Below are positions 50,186 through 63,154 of a DNA stretch of 64,000 nt, one piece after another; positions within the stretch are counted from its first letter, which is position 1, and every line of letters begins with the position of its first letter. The stretch comes from Podarcis melisellensis (Eukaryota): the NCBI GenBank assembly GCA_964234715.1, contig OZ174283.1. One strand, 5' to 3'. The notes under the pieces are model-generated. The model did not search any database. It was not told the origin of the DNA and saw only the letters and a program-made list of their open reading frames with translations. The position numbers and the translations under genes were made by a program.

Positions 50186-51336
50186 GTGAGGGTTTTCTGT
50201 TATTCCTTTTGCTAGACTTTGTTTCAAGGATAGTTGGAAAAGTACAAAATTTGGGACTCTGCATGGCTGATTTTGTACAAAACTTCAGACAGACAGTGAT
50301 ACTGCTTTAACATAGCTTTTTATACTGTGTACTGTCTAAGTTCTAACAGGGCATTCCATTAAGGATTATATAAATCTTCATTGACCCAGCTGATTTGGGT
50401 TAGCACAGTTGGAAGTGTATCAAAGTGATGAAAACGCCTCAGAAGGGAAGGCAGTGATGCACTTTTAAAGCTGAGCTCAGTAAATAATATAAATTATGAA
50501 TTAATGTAATAGAACTGTTAACTGCATGACAGTATGATTGCAGAAGCTGCCTGCCTGGTGCTTTGCAGAGTGGTTATATACCTGAAAATAAGCTAGTAAC
50601 TGAAAGCAGGTGTCCTGTGCCTTACTGAGTGAAAGTAGATGATTTACTCTGGAACTCCTGTGTCTGCAGTAATTTAGCTGCATTAATGTAGTTGAGCACA
50701 GCGGTTGATTAAAAGTTGTAACACAAATGTTCCTTATTACTCCTTTAAATTCTGTGCTTTGCAGCCCCCGCAGGTTTACAGATTGCCTAAAAATTAATTG
50801 GCAAAACACTTTTCCGTAGGGAAGTGCAAAAAGATAGGCTGTTTAGAAGGAAAGCCTTGAGTTTATAATTTTAAAACACCATTGCTAATTTATTAATTTT
50901 GCACACTGATCCAAAATGCTTTGGTTGTGATCCAGAGAGCCCCTTTATATGCAGTCAAGAGATTGTTCGCCGTAGTAGGGGTCTATCCAAACAGCAGTTC
51001 CCTCCTACTGTAGCATATCATAAACGGCTTTTAAAATTCATGAAACTTAAAAAGATTCTTACAGTGCAGCGCAGGACGCTTTTGTTTGAAAAAAACAAAA
51101 CAAAATAAAAATCCTGCTTCATACTGAGGGTGCTCCTTATATTTATCAGATTTCAGCCATTGGCTTAGAAGTAAGTTATTTTGATCCCAATGAAACCTAC
51201 CACCAAGTGAGTGTGCTCAAGTTTGCAGAGTTAGCAAGCAAGATGCAGCAGTTCAGTTCTGAATACCATTACTAGGAAGTAAGCCACATTGAATTCAGTG
51301 GGAATTGTAAATAAACATGCACAGGATTTTACTGTA

Positions 51337-51577
51337 CAGTGGTACCTCGGGTTAAGTACTTAATTCGTTCCAGAGGTCCATTCTTAACCTGAAACTGTTC
51401 TTAACCTGAAGCACCACTTTAACCTATGGGGCCTCCCGCTGCCGCCACGCCGCCAGAGCACAATTTCTGTTCTCATCCTGAAGCAAAGTTTTTAACCTGA
51501 AGCACTATTTCTGGGTTAGCAGAGTCTGTAACCTGAAGCATATGTAACTGAAGTGTATGTAACCCGAGGTACCACTG
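51337..51577. mobile_element. Tc1/mariner (Tigger-like) MITE
   Basis: TA flanks; perfect 18-bp TIR CAGTGGTACCTCGGGTTA; internal TAACCTGAA repeats. Confidence 0.92.
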
Positions 51578-51896
51578 TATAAGCAGATAATATTTTTACA
51601 TGTGAACACAGAGGCGAACCCGAATCTGCTGCTGAGTGTACATGTGACAACAAACCAATCAGTTACCACTGTATTTGTATGATGCAAGTGTTTGTCATAT
51701 TCACACTGTAAGTAATTCGGTGTACACTGAAACCATCTCAGAGAGACTATAGATCCAAATGAGTTTTGAAATAAGGCAGTGGCTGCACAGTATACAACGT
51801 TGTGAACTAACAGGATGTTTATGCTTTGGTACATTGGCATGGAAGTGCTTGTTTGGGAAAATATTAAATGTTGTAATTTTATACCTTTCCCTACAG

Positions 51897-52016
51897 TCTT
51901 GCATCTGTTATAAGGGGCCAAGTATTGACAGCAGATGGAACACCACTCATTGGAGTTAATGTGTCATTTTTACATTATCCAGATTATGGGTACACCATCA
52001 CTCGTCAAGATGGAAT
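51897..52016 (+). CDS. TENM3: Teneurin-3 exon, transthyretin-like domain ([41 protein letters not shown])
   Basis: cctttccctacag|TCTTGCA ... GATGGAAT|gtaagt; 120 nt, phase 2-2; translated by hand. Confidence 0.95.
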
Positions 52017-52274
52017 GTAAGTTTCATATCACGTATGTTGAGATAGCAGTACAGAAAATTAACTTGCCTTATTTCATCAAAAGTTGTTTTGAGATTTATG
52101 TCTACACACATGTTTATGTTTATGTCTACACACACACACACACATGAGAAAAGGACTACTGCTTCTTCTGACAAACTTAAGAAATCAGAATCTTTAAATT
52201 TAAATTGTATATATGTCTGTGAGCAAGATGTAAATTTAAGGCATTTTACACAATAATAATCTGATTTACATTAG

Positions 52275-52536
52275 GTTTGACTTGGTGGCAAATGGAGGCG
52301 CATCTTTAACCCTAGTGTTCGAACGGTCACCATTCCTTACTCAATACCACACAGTTTGGATTCCATGGAACGTCTTCTATGTCATGGACACCCTGGTCAT
52401 GAAGAAGGAGGAGAATGACATTCCCAGCTGCGATCTGAGTGGATTTGTGAGACCAAATCCTGTCATTGTATCATCACCTCTTTCTACCTTGTTCAGGATT
52501 TCCCCTGAGGACAGTCCTATTATTCCTGAGACGCAG
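52275..52536 (+). CDS. TENM3: Teneurin-3 exon ([13 protein letters not shown]...SPIIPETQ)
   Basis: tttacattag|GTTTGAC ... ACGCAG|gtacaa; 262 nt, phase 2-0. Confidence 0.95.
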
Positions 52537-55500
52537 GTACAATACCTCTTAAGTCCAAATATATTTGTGAGAATCAGGACCCTTTCTAAGTAAGGGGGGC
52601 TGGGGGCAAGGTTCCTTCTAGGGTCCCCACATTCAGTGCCTTGTCAAGTCCACTGCTGCCACCCTGATTCCTACCCTTTCCTGGTTGCTTTGTCTCCCCC
52701 CTCCCCCCCTTAAGATGTGTTAATGGCAATAGTTAATCTGTCCCTTGTGGTGATGACTGCCTCCACAGTGTTTGCCATGGAAGCTAAATGTGGCATCTGA
52801 AAGCAAGTTAAAATTTAAGGAAATGTGTTACTGCTTAGGATATATGGGCTGCAATGAAATAGACATTGGGAAGGATCTAGGAATTACAAGGTTACCAGCA
52901 TATTGAAATACATGGTGTGACCTATAGCATGTTTCAAAATGAAGAGTTCTTTTTACTTTGAAATTAAGGACTCTTATGTAATATTATTTAGGCAACTCAA
53001 AACATTCTGCTATAAAACTTGTGTTTTAGACTCATAATGCCCTACTCCATTAGCATTGCAAGGTGGAAGGGGATGAAACATAATCATTCGTTGATGTGGA
53101 CTGGAAGCCTAAAGGAAAACACAGAATAATTAAGCAGGAGCCAGTTTTATCTGTCACTGTTATGCCTCTGCCTTTGGTTACTGCAGATGAGATCAAAAGT
53201 TAGTTTCAAAATACTACCCGTGGCAACATAGCTTTGATTTTTGGCAGTAGCTGATGAAATGTCTAAACTCAAGTCTATAAACAATTAAAATTAATAATTT
53301 ACAAGCCTCTCGGTAAAGTGCTTTGAAAGAAAGGATTATTTTAAGAAAAAAGTAAACTTTTACACCTTGATTTTATTTAAACTGTACTAATATGAATAGC
53401 TTTTTTATGATGTGTGGGCACATTAGCGCTGTTGCTAATGCATATCTGATATGTATTTTTGCAGGAAAACATAAATTAGAGGGGTGCTTTCTCCAAACTC
53501 TGTGCACTCACAGGATTCTTACCTTCTGTTGTAGAAGTGACGCATATTTATAATTCCCAAGGGCTGAATGTTAAGCTCAGATGCACAATACATAATATTG
53601 AATATCCTCATCTCTCACAAAAACCGTTAGTCACAATAAATCAATACAGTTCCAGGCTTTCTTGGAAGTGAACAGTGTAATTTTTCAAATAAATTATCAA
53701 GCAAGGCATATAAAGTATGTGTAAGTGATAACTTGAAAAACAAAACAAATAAGTTTATTTCCATTTGGTTTTCCTTCACTAGAATCAGCCACAGTACTAA
53801 AATGAGTTGGCAACATTCTGCATCATTTTCATAGCATACCAGTGTGCTACTCTAGTTATGGAGTCAAAGCTTTATTAACACTTTGCTGTTTGCCAGGACA
53901 GTCTGGTGGCAGAAAAGAACAGCAATCACAGATAACATTAAGCCAAGGTGTATGATTTGTTCAAATCATAATGTAGAGAATCCTTGACTTAGTTTGATAT
54001 CTTAATCAACATTCATGATTTGTTTCTGTCCAAACAAATTGCCACATGAAGCCAAAGTTTGCTGTTGGCTTCCTGAACATGGTTGTTTGGGAGAAACAAA
54101 CCATAGGCACTGGTTCAGACATCACACTAAAATTAAAGTTTGTTGTTCATTGTTCCAGAATGCAGCTTGGGTTCATTTTCTTGAACAGTATGCAATGGAG
54201 CCTGGGCAATTGCCCCATCCAAGATCAGGTGACAGCACTTGTCACCCACACCCCATGCCATGCTATTGAAAGGGGTCCCTCCCACTCCGCAGAGAGGGGT
54301 TTTCTTCCAGGGGGAGGAGGGGGTAGAGCTTCCTTCCACTTGCAGTTTTCAAGAGACCTAACCCACAATTGCAGGATTCTGTTTGGGAGAAGGGAGGCTC
54401 TTGCCTGGTAAACGTGGGTATTCAACTCAATTTTGCTCAGTTTTAAATGAATGAATGTAGCACCATTAATTTCACTGGGTCTACTTTGAGTAAAACTTGC
54501 ATTGAATACTGCCTATGCTGTTAACCAGTGAGGCAGGACTTCTTCATGATTCCTGCCACCGTGCCCCCCTCATGAGAGCTTATGGAGCCACATGAAGTGT
54601 GGTGTGCCCTGAGATCTTGCAAAGGGAGATGCTTCTCTCCAAACTTGGGCCATGGCAGCTGTTGCGTTGCCCTGCAAATTGCCTGGATGGCATCAACATG
54701 CACTTGTAGAACCAGTTAGTCCGCAGCACCTCCTAAACTGGAATGATACTGAGCAGTGCAGATCTTTCCTTGATGGCTCCTACCTGGAAGCTCAGGTTAG
54801 GCTAACTTTGAGGCAGCTTTTTGAGTTGGTGGCCAGCATCCTGAGAATTGAGCTTTATGTGTTTCAGAGGCACCATATTTTAGTGATATGAGATTTATCG
54901 TTGTCTTTTTAGAAATCTTCTCATCTTAATGGAGCTGTTTGGTGGCTTTACAGCTAACGCTTTAGTGGTGTGGTTAAGAAAAAAATTTAGTTGGAAGTCT
55001 TGAATGAAATAAAGATGATTGACTGCCTTAATCCATGGAAGACAGAAACCCATCTTGTCTAACTATCACCCACACACTTTTCTAGGCAAGAAAGGCTCTA
55101 AAAAGAAGATTGAATCATTGTGCTCTCCTGATATGAGAAAGGGTTGAATATTGATCAGAATGCATGAGGAAGCTTTCCCTAAGGCAGCCATCTAGCTTGA
55201 GAAAGAAGGAAAGAAAATTTCTGTTTTAAACATCTTCCTTGAAAAATTGCCAATGTAAATATTCTGAAGGCAATATTTTGAAATGCCATACAACAAAACC
55301 ATTTTAGTAATTAGAACTAAATTGTGAAATATCGTAATTAGAAGCAGGAAAATCAGAGAGGGTTATGAGAAGAGCAGCTCATCTCTGCAAAAGAAGTAAG
55401 GTGCCACTCCACTTTCCGAGGGGTACGTCTCCATGCGCATCCTCTTGCTGTACCATCCTAGGCTGAGAGGCCCCAGACTACACAGATGATGTCAGAAGGG

Positions 55501-56424
55501 CCAAACACACCAGTGGTTCATCAGACTGCAGAAGCAGCTGCTGTGAAGGCTGAGTGCCATTACTCTCTCACCTAAAAGGGCAACTCTTCCCAGGGGTTTT
55601 GCAGGATACACGGTCATCCTGCTCACCAGAGCCTCAACCTAGGTAGAAATAGACTCATGCAGCTCTCAGCCTGCATGTCCAAAGGTGTCTGACCTTCCCC
55701 CATCTCCTTTCCCAGCCTGCTTCTTGAGGGCTTCAACATTGGCAATAAATGCCCTCACATCCATTTCCTCTTCACCCACATCAGCAGCCAGTTGATGAGG
55801 GATATATTTCAGGGAGGTTTTGTGTGACTTTTTAAAGGAACCATGGCAAGATAGGAAATAAGTTTGATTGGACCATAAGAGGCAAATTTCCCAGATAGAA
55901 AGGTTCCAAAATAAAAAGGACTTCAAAGCAGAAGGGTATGTGTGCATGCCTGTCCTGTGATGGCTGCAGTGCTTCAATCCTGCTGGATTTACCAACCAGA
56001 ATTTCAGATCCGGATGAAATCTTGGTTTAAATTTCTGGTTTAAACACACACAGATCACAGCACCAAGCCGGCTCATGAAGGAGGGGAGGCATACAGACCA
56101 TTCCTTCCTAAACCATTGTCTTTTACAGCACTCAGATCACAGTATTTTGTACACATGTATATATGTAACAGTTATTTTATAGGTAGTACATCCATTGATG
56201 CAGCAATTGCTGTAGGAAATAAGGTTGTAAAAACTTTTGCATATATTCATCCTAAAAAAAAAATCACATAATGCTTCAGAAGTTTAGATAGTCAGCCCAA
56301 TGATTGTTTAAACAATTGTATCTTTCTACAGAAAACGTATTTCTGATAGTTTCTAATCAATCACATGCAGTAAAATTCTTGCTAGTTGAGATTAATTTGT
56401 CATTTTCCTCTTTTTATTTTTTAG

Positions 56425-56692
56425 GTACTACATGAGGAGACCACAGTCCCAGGAACTGATTTGAAATTGTCTTATTTAAGCTCCAGAGCTGCAGGGTATA
56501 AATCCGTTCTTAAGATCACCATGACGCAGTCAGTGATACCATTTAACTTAATGAAGGTTCATCTCATGGTGGCAGTGGTGGGAAGACTTTTCCAAAAATG
56601 GTTCCCTGCATCCCCAAATTTGGCTTACACATTCATATGGGATAAAACTGACGCATATAACCAAAAGGTCTATGGTTTATCTGAAGCTGTTG
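56425..56692 (+). CDS. TENM3: Teneurin-3 exon, FN-plug region ([17 protein letters not shown]...YGLSEAV)
   Basis: tattttttag|GTACTACAT ... GCTGTTG|gtaggt; 268 nt, phase 0-1. Confidence 0.96.
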
Positions 56693-57581
56693 GTAGGTCT
56701 TATTTGTGTTGTTATGGGTTTTGTTTGCATGTTTGCATTATCTAGAAAACATAGAATAATATTTAATAATGAAGATATATGAGAAGTTCAGTATGCTGTG
56801 TAGAATGAATGTAAACTTTTAATTGTTAACAATTACTGTTACAACAGCTTACTTTTAACAGTAAATTGTTGTAAGCTGACTTGAGGGCTCTTCTTAGAGT
56901 TGAAATGTGTTATAGACATATTTTTTTCATTTTTATAAAAAGAATGGAACTTTAAAATCACAAAGGAATTACACTTCGTTTGTAATTATCACATCTAACT
57001 AAACTAGTACCTGGAAGTAACAAATTGTGAGGACTGTGTTGATCAGGTCTGAGACAGACTAAGATGGGGAAAATAGTTGCACCATCATTTTCGCAGACAA
57101 AGTCTTGGACTGCCTGTGGTGCTTTCAAAAAACAAAATGATTTTAATTGCCTTAAATTGCTATTAAACATCTGGTGTTTTTCAACAACTCAAGGCTTTAA
57201 ATTATTTCAAGGGAGCATCAATATATCATGTGTATATAGAGCTTCAAGCTTTAATCAGTCAGTACAATTAATTGACTGAAACTTCAGTTACAGATTAAAA
57301 TTTGCTCCCTGAATAATTGCTAGGGTTGACACAGTGCACGGGACTCCTGAACTAATTCTAGCCAAGCAGGCTATACAGGTGTGTCACCTCTATCCCTGCA
57401 AAAGATTTGTTGAAAATTATAAATATATATTTCCTAAATTGTATCTAACACTAACCCAGAGGAAAAACTAATATTCTAAGTGTGTTATGTTAACATGCAA
57501 AGAAACCTCCCTGTAATTGGAAACCCTGTTCAGTGAAAGTACTTAGAACCTGTCTTCAGGTATCTAGAGAGGAAGGGTAGT

Positions 57582-57582
<1 letters not shown>

Positions 57583-57636
<54 letters not shown>
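57583..57636. repeat. (TAA)18 microsatellite
   Basis: Directly visible; ends 22 nt before the exon at 57659. Confidence 0.97.
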
Positions 57637-57639
<3 letters not shown>

Positions 57640-57658
57640 TTTTTATTTTTAATTCCAG

Positions 57659-57802
57659 TATCTGTAGGTTATGAATATGAATCTTGTTTGGATCTAACAC
57701 TGTGGGAAAAACGGACAGCTATTTTACAAGGCTATGAATTGGATGCTTCCAACATGGGGGGCTGGACCCTAGATAAGCACCACGTCCTGGATGTTCAGAA
57801 TG
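57659..57802 (+). CDS. TENM3: Teneurin-3 exon ([19 protein letters not shown]...HHVLDVQN)
   Basis: taattccag|TATCTGTA ... CAGAATG|gtaagt; 144 nt, phase 1-1. Confidence 0.96.
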
Positions 57803-60800
57803 GTAAGTCTCCATTTTATTTTAATATTCTTTTTTTCTGGACTCATACTGACTATGTAATTAATTCATTGTCTGTCACACAAAAGTTATGAGTAATACAC
57901 ATTCATGGCTATCCTAGAATTATTCTTTAATTTGAATTAATGTTGAATTTATAAGCATAACTTTATTCCATGCCAACACCAGGAAATGTTTTCTTCTTCA
58001 TACTACGTAAAAATATTATGCTGTGCCTAGTCTCCCCCCACAGTTTCCATGGAACTGTGTCAAGTACAGCTAGCATTATTGCTGCTCTTTTGCCTCACTA
58101 GCATGATTACTCCTGTATTTCTATGCAAAGAAATAAGTGTTTCCTAAGCCTCTCATTGTCAATTCGAATATTTGGTGGGGAAATGTATTTTATACAAATA
58201 TGTTATGGGGGGAGAGGTTTTTAGTCCACAACAGAATTGGCACTGGTATGCAGGAAATATGCACCATTCCTACTTGTCTCCAATACCAATTCCATTCAGA
58301 GCTAAAAAAAAATCAGATATAGTGCTAGCACCTGTCATTAAGTTGCCCCCCCCCACTTCTGAATTCTGCTGTGTACCTGAGGCTCTCTTCCAAAAACTTC
58401 ATTCATTTTCCTGCCATTTCCAGTGGTTCTTCCTTGCTTCATTAACTTTCCTTTACTCATTTTTACATATCTTTATTTTTTAATTCCAACTATTCTTTTA
58501 TTCTTTTACTTCTTTTAAATCTCTGGTATTTACTGCATTCCCCCCCCCTTAAATCTCTGATAAAAATCCATGTTTCAAAAAAAGGAAAAGGAAAACCCAT
58601 GTTTCCTTCCCATAGTTCTCTGCTTGACCTGCTTTCTCCAACCTTTTTCTTCTTCTCTGTCATCACTAATGATGTTGTTGTTTAGCAGCTAAACTGTGAT
58701 CCTAAGTACACTTACTCAGGCACAAGCTCCCTTTTCACTTGTGGCTTCCAAGTAAATATGTCAGATTTACTGGAGAGCTTTATTGTTTCAATTAAACAGT
58801 TTGCTTGATGCCCCACGAAGCTTCTTCATTCAAACAGTTTATGCTTAAATATATTGGGACTTCCATAGCAGTATGACTCCAGCTACAACAGCAATATAGC
58901 AACATGTATATTTTCTTCCATATTATGAAACACATTACAAGTTGTATGGAGGAAATATTTCTCCTGTCATTGGAACACTGCCAGTTTTAGAGTGAAATGT
59001 GCCTGCCATTTAACTGCAGGCGGCAATGACACACAGGTGCTTAGTAAAGGTGACTAATGACACTCATGTTGACTGGAAGTTATGTTATGGAAGGAAAGAA
59101 ATGATCTCAGATTTAAGATAGGCAAAGACCTATCTTAGAAAGGAGGATGCCAGGATGCAGAATGTTATGGAAGCCAAAGGACACCAAAATGATGTCTAAG
59201 GACTAGTTAACAAGATCATGTTTCTTGGTATGTAATTCTAGCTATTATGGGATTAGTTACAGAGAGACTTCGTTTCATGTGAATATGGTACATTTCACTG
59301 GGAGGCAAGGGTTAATAAGTGTACTGCCATTGAATGCCATTCAACTTATCATGGGAACTGGCACAAAGCAAGTAAGCACTGAGATAATTACGTGTACATT
59401 CATTTTCCTTATTTTGTTGTTCAGTAGTTTCTGATCATAAGGTGAGTCAGCTATGCTCCTAAATTTATGCTCAGGAGACTGTTTGACAAGTAATGACTTT
59501 TCAAAGTGATGCCTGTCTAATTGAATAAATGAAGTGGCTAGTTGTAATGACAGGGTGGATGAGCTGGGGAAATTTATTCACAAGGGAGCAAAGACAGTGA
59601 CAGGTGTTTATACGGACACCCTGAATCACTGCAATAAATATTCTAATGTTCATCTTTCCCCCTGTGGTAATAGAAGAGAGATGCGAAAGGGCAATTTTTC
59701 AAAGTAATGACAGAATAAATCAGGTACCATAGTGCTGAGTGCTGACTTGTATGATACCTCTGATGAAAATTATAGAACTCAGCTATTTCAGCAAAATTAT
59801 GGTTTCCTGATTGTCATAAATGATGTGATCATAGGAAGGGGATTTCAGATTCCATTAGTGCATTCTCGTTCCAACTTTTCTTGGGGAAATGAAATCCATG
59901 TGCTGTTATGATGCAGCCTCATTTACATGGCTTTTCTTTTATATTTCATGAGCCATTTTCATTTCCTCTTATTTCATAATGTTGTCCGTCCTCTGGTATA
60001 CCTCTCTCGGATTGCATGGCATTAGAAAAGTAATTGGCACAGGCCAAGGAACATGTTCTGTTTATGGAAAATATTTACCCATTGAAATTCAACTTAAAAG
60101 TAACCTTAGGGTGGAGAAAGCTGCCATAGAACTTCCTAAATGTATTTTAACAGTTACTGTGGGACAAAAATAAATTCATTAGTACTGTTATCTTTGAAAT
60201 ATTGTACACTTGATCAATAAAGCAAGTATTACTATACTGTACAAAGTGACATGTGGTTTACATGGATTATAACGCATTGAGATTTACTGTGGAATAAGTG
60301 TAACAGTAATAGCAGACAGTTCTCACAGCAGACCTTGACTGAGTCATTGATCAGGATAATAATGAGGATAGTGGTAATGTTTTAACAAAATATAGTTGTA
60401 ATTGTGAAAGCCTAATATTATGCACATATATTGCTTCCCCACATTTCCTGTGAAGGCCATAAAAATGATGCTGGAGAAATACTACTTCTTTTCCTAATGA
60501 TTCTTGCCCAAACATTTTTGTTGTGTTTGACATATGAGTACAGAACTGCAGATACATTATAGAGCCGGGCTCTGCTAGCAAAGACAACTTATTCTTTTGC
60601 GTAAAATAAGACCATTTGACAATGGGAAATTGAGGCTGTCAGAAAACTTATTTACAATAATAGTTTACTGGTATAATGTTGTGGGTGTGTGATGCGTAAC
60701 AGGACATATGTAAGCAATTTATTCTAACAGTACAGAATAAACAAACAGAAATGCATCATTCCAAACCAACGTTCACCCAAATCCAACTGAGAAAAATGCA

Positions 60801-61543
60801 CATGCAAATGGGTACTGTGTATGTTTCCCAGAGTCAAAAAATCCAGTTTGGGAGATTGTCAAATCAAGTGGTTTTGAATAGTATGAGTTGCCTGCTTGGG
60901 AAGGAAGGAGAAGGAACATAGAACTGTATTTAGGTCAGAAAGCGTTTTTTTATGGCAATCCAGTGGGGGGTTGCACAGGAACAGCTCAGCTTCTCAGCTA
61001 TGAGAAGCACATGCACAGCACCCACTTGTATATCATTGCTCCCTATTGGATTGCCCCAAGAAAACTGTTGCAAACACGAGTTCTGCCCATTTCTACTTTT
61101 CCACATGTATCCTTTTTTTAAGCATTTGCCAACTTTTCATAGAAGTTTGTTATTAAAAACATCACTGTTATCTTATATGCTTTTTTTCTCTTGCTGTGGT
61201 TGCTCTGATTACCTTCTGAGCTGATTGTAAATATGAATAGTGATATTTTGATCCCTTTTCACAAAGAGTTTCATTCAGTGGGTGGGATTGAAATGGATGG
61301 CCACATGTGCAACAGACTTCTAAAGTGCCACTTCCAGATAGCAGCCTCCAGTTCTTATGGAGAAGCTTCTCTTGAATTTCAGGAGAACCAGCGTGGTGGT
61401 CATTGTCCTCTCTCTTGATCTTGACACCTTTGAAATACAGTCCCAGTGTGGAATATTAAATGTATTTAGTATTTTCTGATCAAAATTTGTAAGTGACAAA
61501 AATACTCCATTGATGTAGGAAACCATATTTGTGTTTTCTCCAG

Positions 61544-61793
61544 GAATCCTCTACAAAGGCAATGGGGAAAATCAGTTCATCTCTCAGCAGCCACCAGTTG
61601 TCAGTAGTATAATGGGCAATGGTCGACGACGTAGCATTTCTTGCCCAAGTTGCAATGGTCAAGCAGATGGCAATAAGCTTTTGGCTCCCGTTGCCTTAGC
61701 TTGTGGTATTGATGGAAGCCTGTACGTAGGGGATTTTAACTATGTTCGACGGATATTCCCATCTGGAAATGTAACAAGTGTTCTTGAACTAAG
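61544..61793 (+). CDS. TENM3: Teneurin-3 exon, start of NHL beta-propeller ([10 protein letters not shown]...TSVLELR)
   Basis: gttttctccag|GAATCCTC ... CTAAG|gtatat; 250 nt, phase 1-2. Confidence 0.96.
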
Positions 61794-62149
61794 GTATATC
61801 TTTACTCCTAAAACATTTGGTTTCGAGATTATGTGATGAATCAGTCATTTTATGATACCATGTTTCCATATACACCTGAACACTGTAATAAAAATGCAAA
61901 TGCTTTAAAAATATTATTTTAAAATGAGGTTGAAGAAAGATGGGACATTTTCTCAAGCCATTTACTCATGGAGATAGCTGTCAAAATATCTCTGCTATTC
62001 AGATGATAAAAAATGACTGAATGGAATTACAATCAGCAACCTTATCAGCATCATTACCTATTTACTGTTCCCTCTTTTAACAACTTTTCATCTAACTTTT
62101 TTTCTAATACTGTTTTTTTTACTCTTCCTTTCCTTGCCTTCCCACCAAG

Positions 62150-62170
62150 AAATAAAGATTTTAGACATAG
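62150..62170 (+). CDS. TENM3: Alternative 21-nt NHL microexon (R-NKDFRH-S, splice site B)
   Basis: Long pyrimidine tract, cccaccaag|AAATAAAGATTTTAGACATAG|gtaagc; symmetric phase 2; known teneurin beta-propeller insert; absent from the ORF track. Confidence 0.93.
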
Positions 62171-62558
62171 GTAAGCATTTTAAGCATGTTCATACTTTTT
62201 GTTCAAAGTGTTCTTTCCTTTAAAAAAGAATGAACAAATAAATTCAATAGATTGAAGTGCTGTAAAAATTGTTACGATCATAAGGAAGGAGTGCTCTATA
62301 AAAGTGACTATTTTTGCCTTAAATCATAGAGAGGTGTAAGTTTGGAAGATTGCTCCTATTCAACATAACCCAAATTCTTTCCCCGTTCTAGTTAAAATAG
62401 TTATATTTTATCATAAGGCATCCCAGGATAGGGTATAAATGTCTGAAATGATGAAATAAATAAAAACGTTGCTTGCTCCCCATCACTTTTTGTTTTCCGT
62501 TTCCAGCCTGTCTGTAAGGTATTGCTCCTATTTTTCCTCCTTGCTGTGCTTCTGTAAT

Positions 62559-62597
62559 CCATGCCTCACTCATTCACCATCATCCTAACCTTTTCAT
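62559..62597 (+). promoter_or_regulatory. Intronic YCAY cluster (candidate NOVA-binding element)
   Basis: CCAT, TCAC, TCAT, TCAC, CCAT, TCAT, TCAT: seven YCAY in 39 nt, about 390 nt downstream of the NHL microexon. Confidence 0.5.
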
Positions 62598-62790
62598 TGT
62601 TCTCTCCTTGCCCTGAATGCCACAGACAGAACTTTCATTTTGTCCTTGTATCACCTGAAATGCTGTGTGCTTCAGTGGAGTCAATTCAAACATTCAGCTG
62701 CTTTATAATAACCAGTGATACAGAAATCCAGTGATGGGCATGTTATGTGTGCAACATGCCTGCGCCACTTAGCAGTGGAGAACAAAATCA

Positions 62791-63154
62791 GCTATGTGGC
62801 TCAATGGCAGAACAATCCCTGACATCTCCAGGTAGCGCTAAGGAAGACTTGTATCTCAGATTCCAGAGAGAGAGCCCCAGTCACTGCAGACAAATACATT
62901 AGCCGAGGTCTAACTCAGTATAGATAAATAGGTACTGCTCCAGCGGGAAGGTAAACGGTGTTTCCGTGCGCTGCTCTGGTTCACCAGAAGCAGCTTAGTC
63001 ATGCTGGCCACATGACCCGGAAGCTGTACGCCAGCTCCCTTGGCCAATAAAGCGAGATGAGCGCCACAACCCCAGAGTCAGCCACGACTGGACCTAATGG
63101 TCAGGGGTCCCTTTACCTTTAACTCAGTATATGATATGGCAACATCCTATGTTC
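62791..63154 (+). mobile_element. Decayed Squam3-type tRNA SINE interrupted by a Sauria SINE
   Basis: tggctcaatggcaga...caatccctgacatctccaggtag...gtctaactcagtata, then after the insert ...ggcaacatcctatgttc. Confidence 0.65.
62923..63119 (+). mobile_element. 5'-truncated Sauria SINE
   Basis: Near-identical to the 3' part of the copy at 23455-23651; 12-bp TSD TAACTCAGTATA (62911-62922, 63120-63131). Confidence 0.93.

Noticed and set aside
2326-62170. Assignment to TENM1, TENM2 or TENM4, or to tenascin
   Set aside because: The linker sequence, the RQAR site and the DKIGYK insert fit teneurin-3. The Cys-to-Tyr EGF2/EGF5 and the NHL region exclude tenascin.
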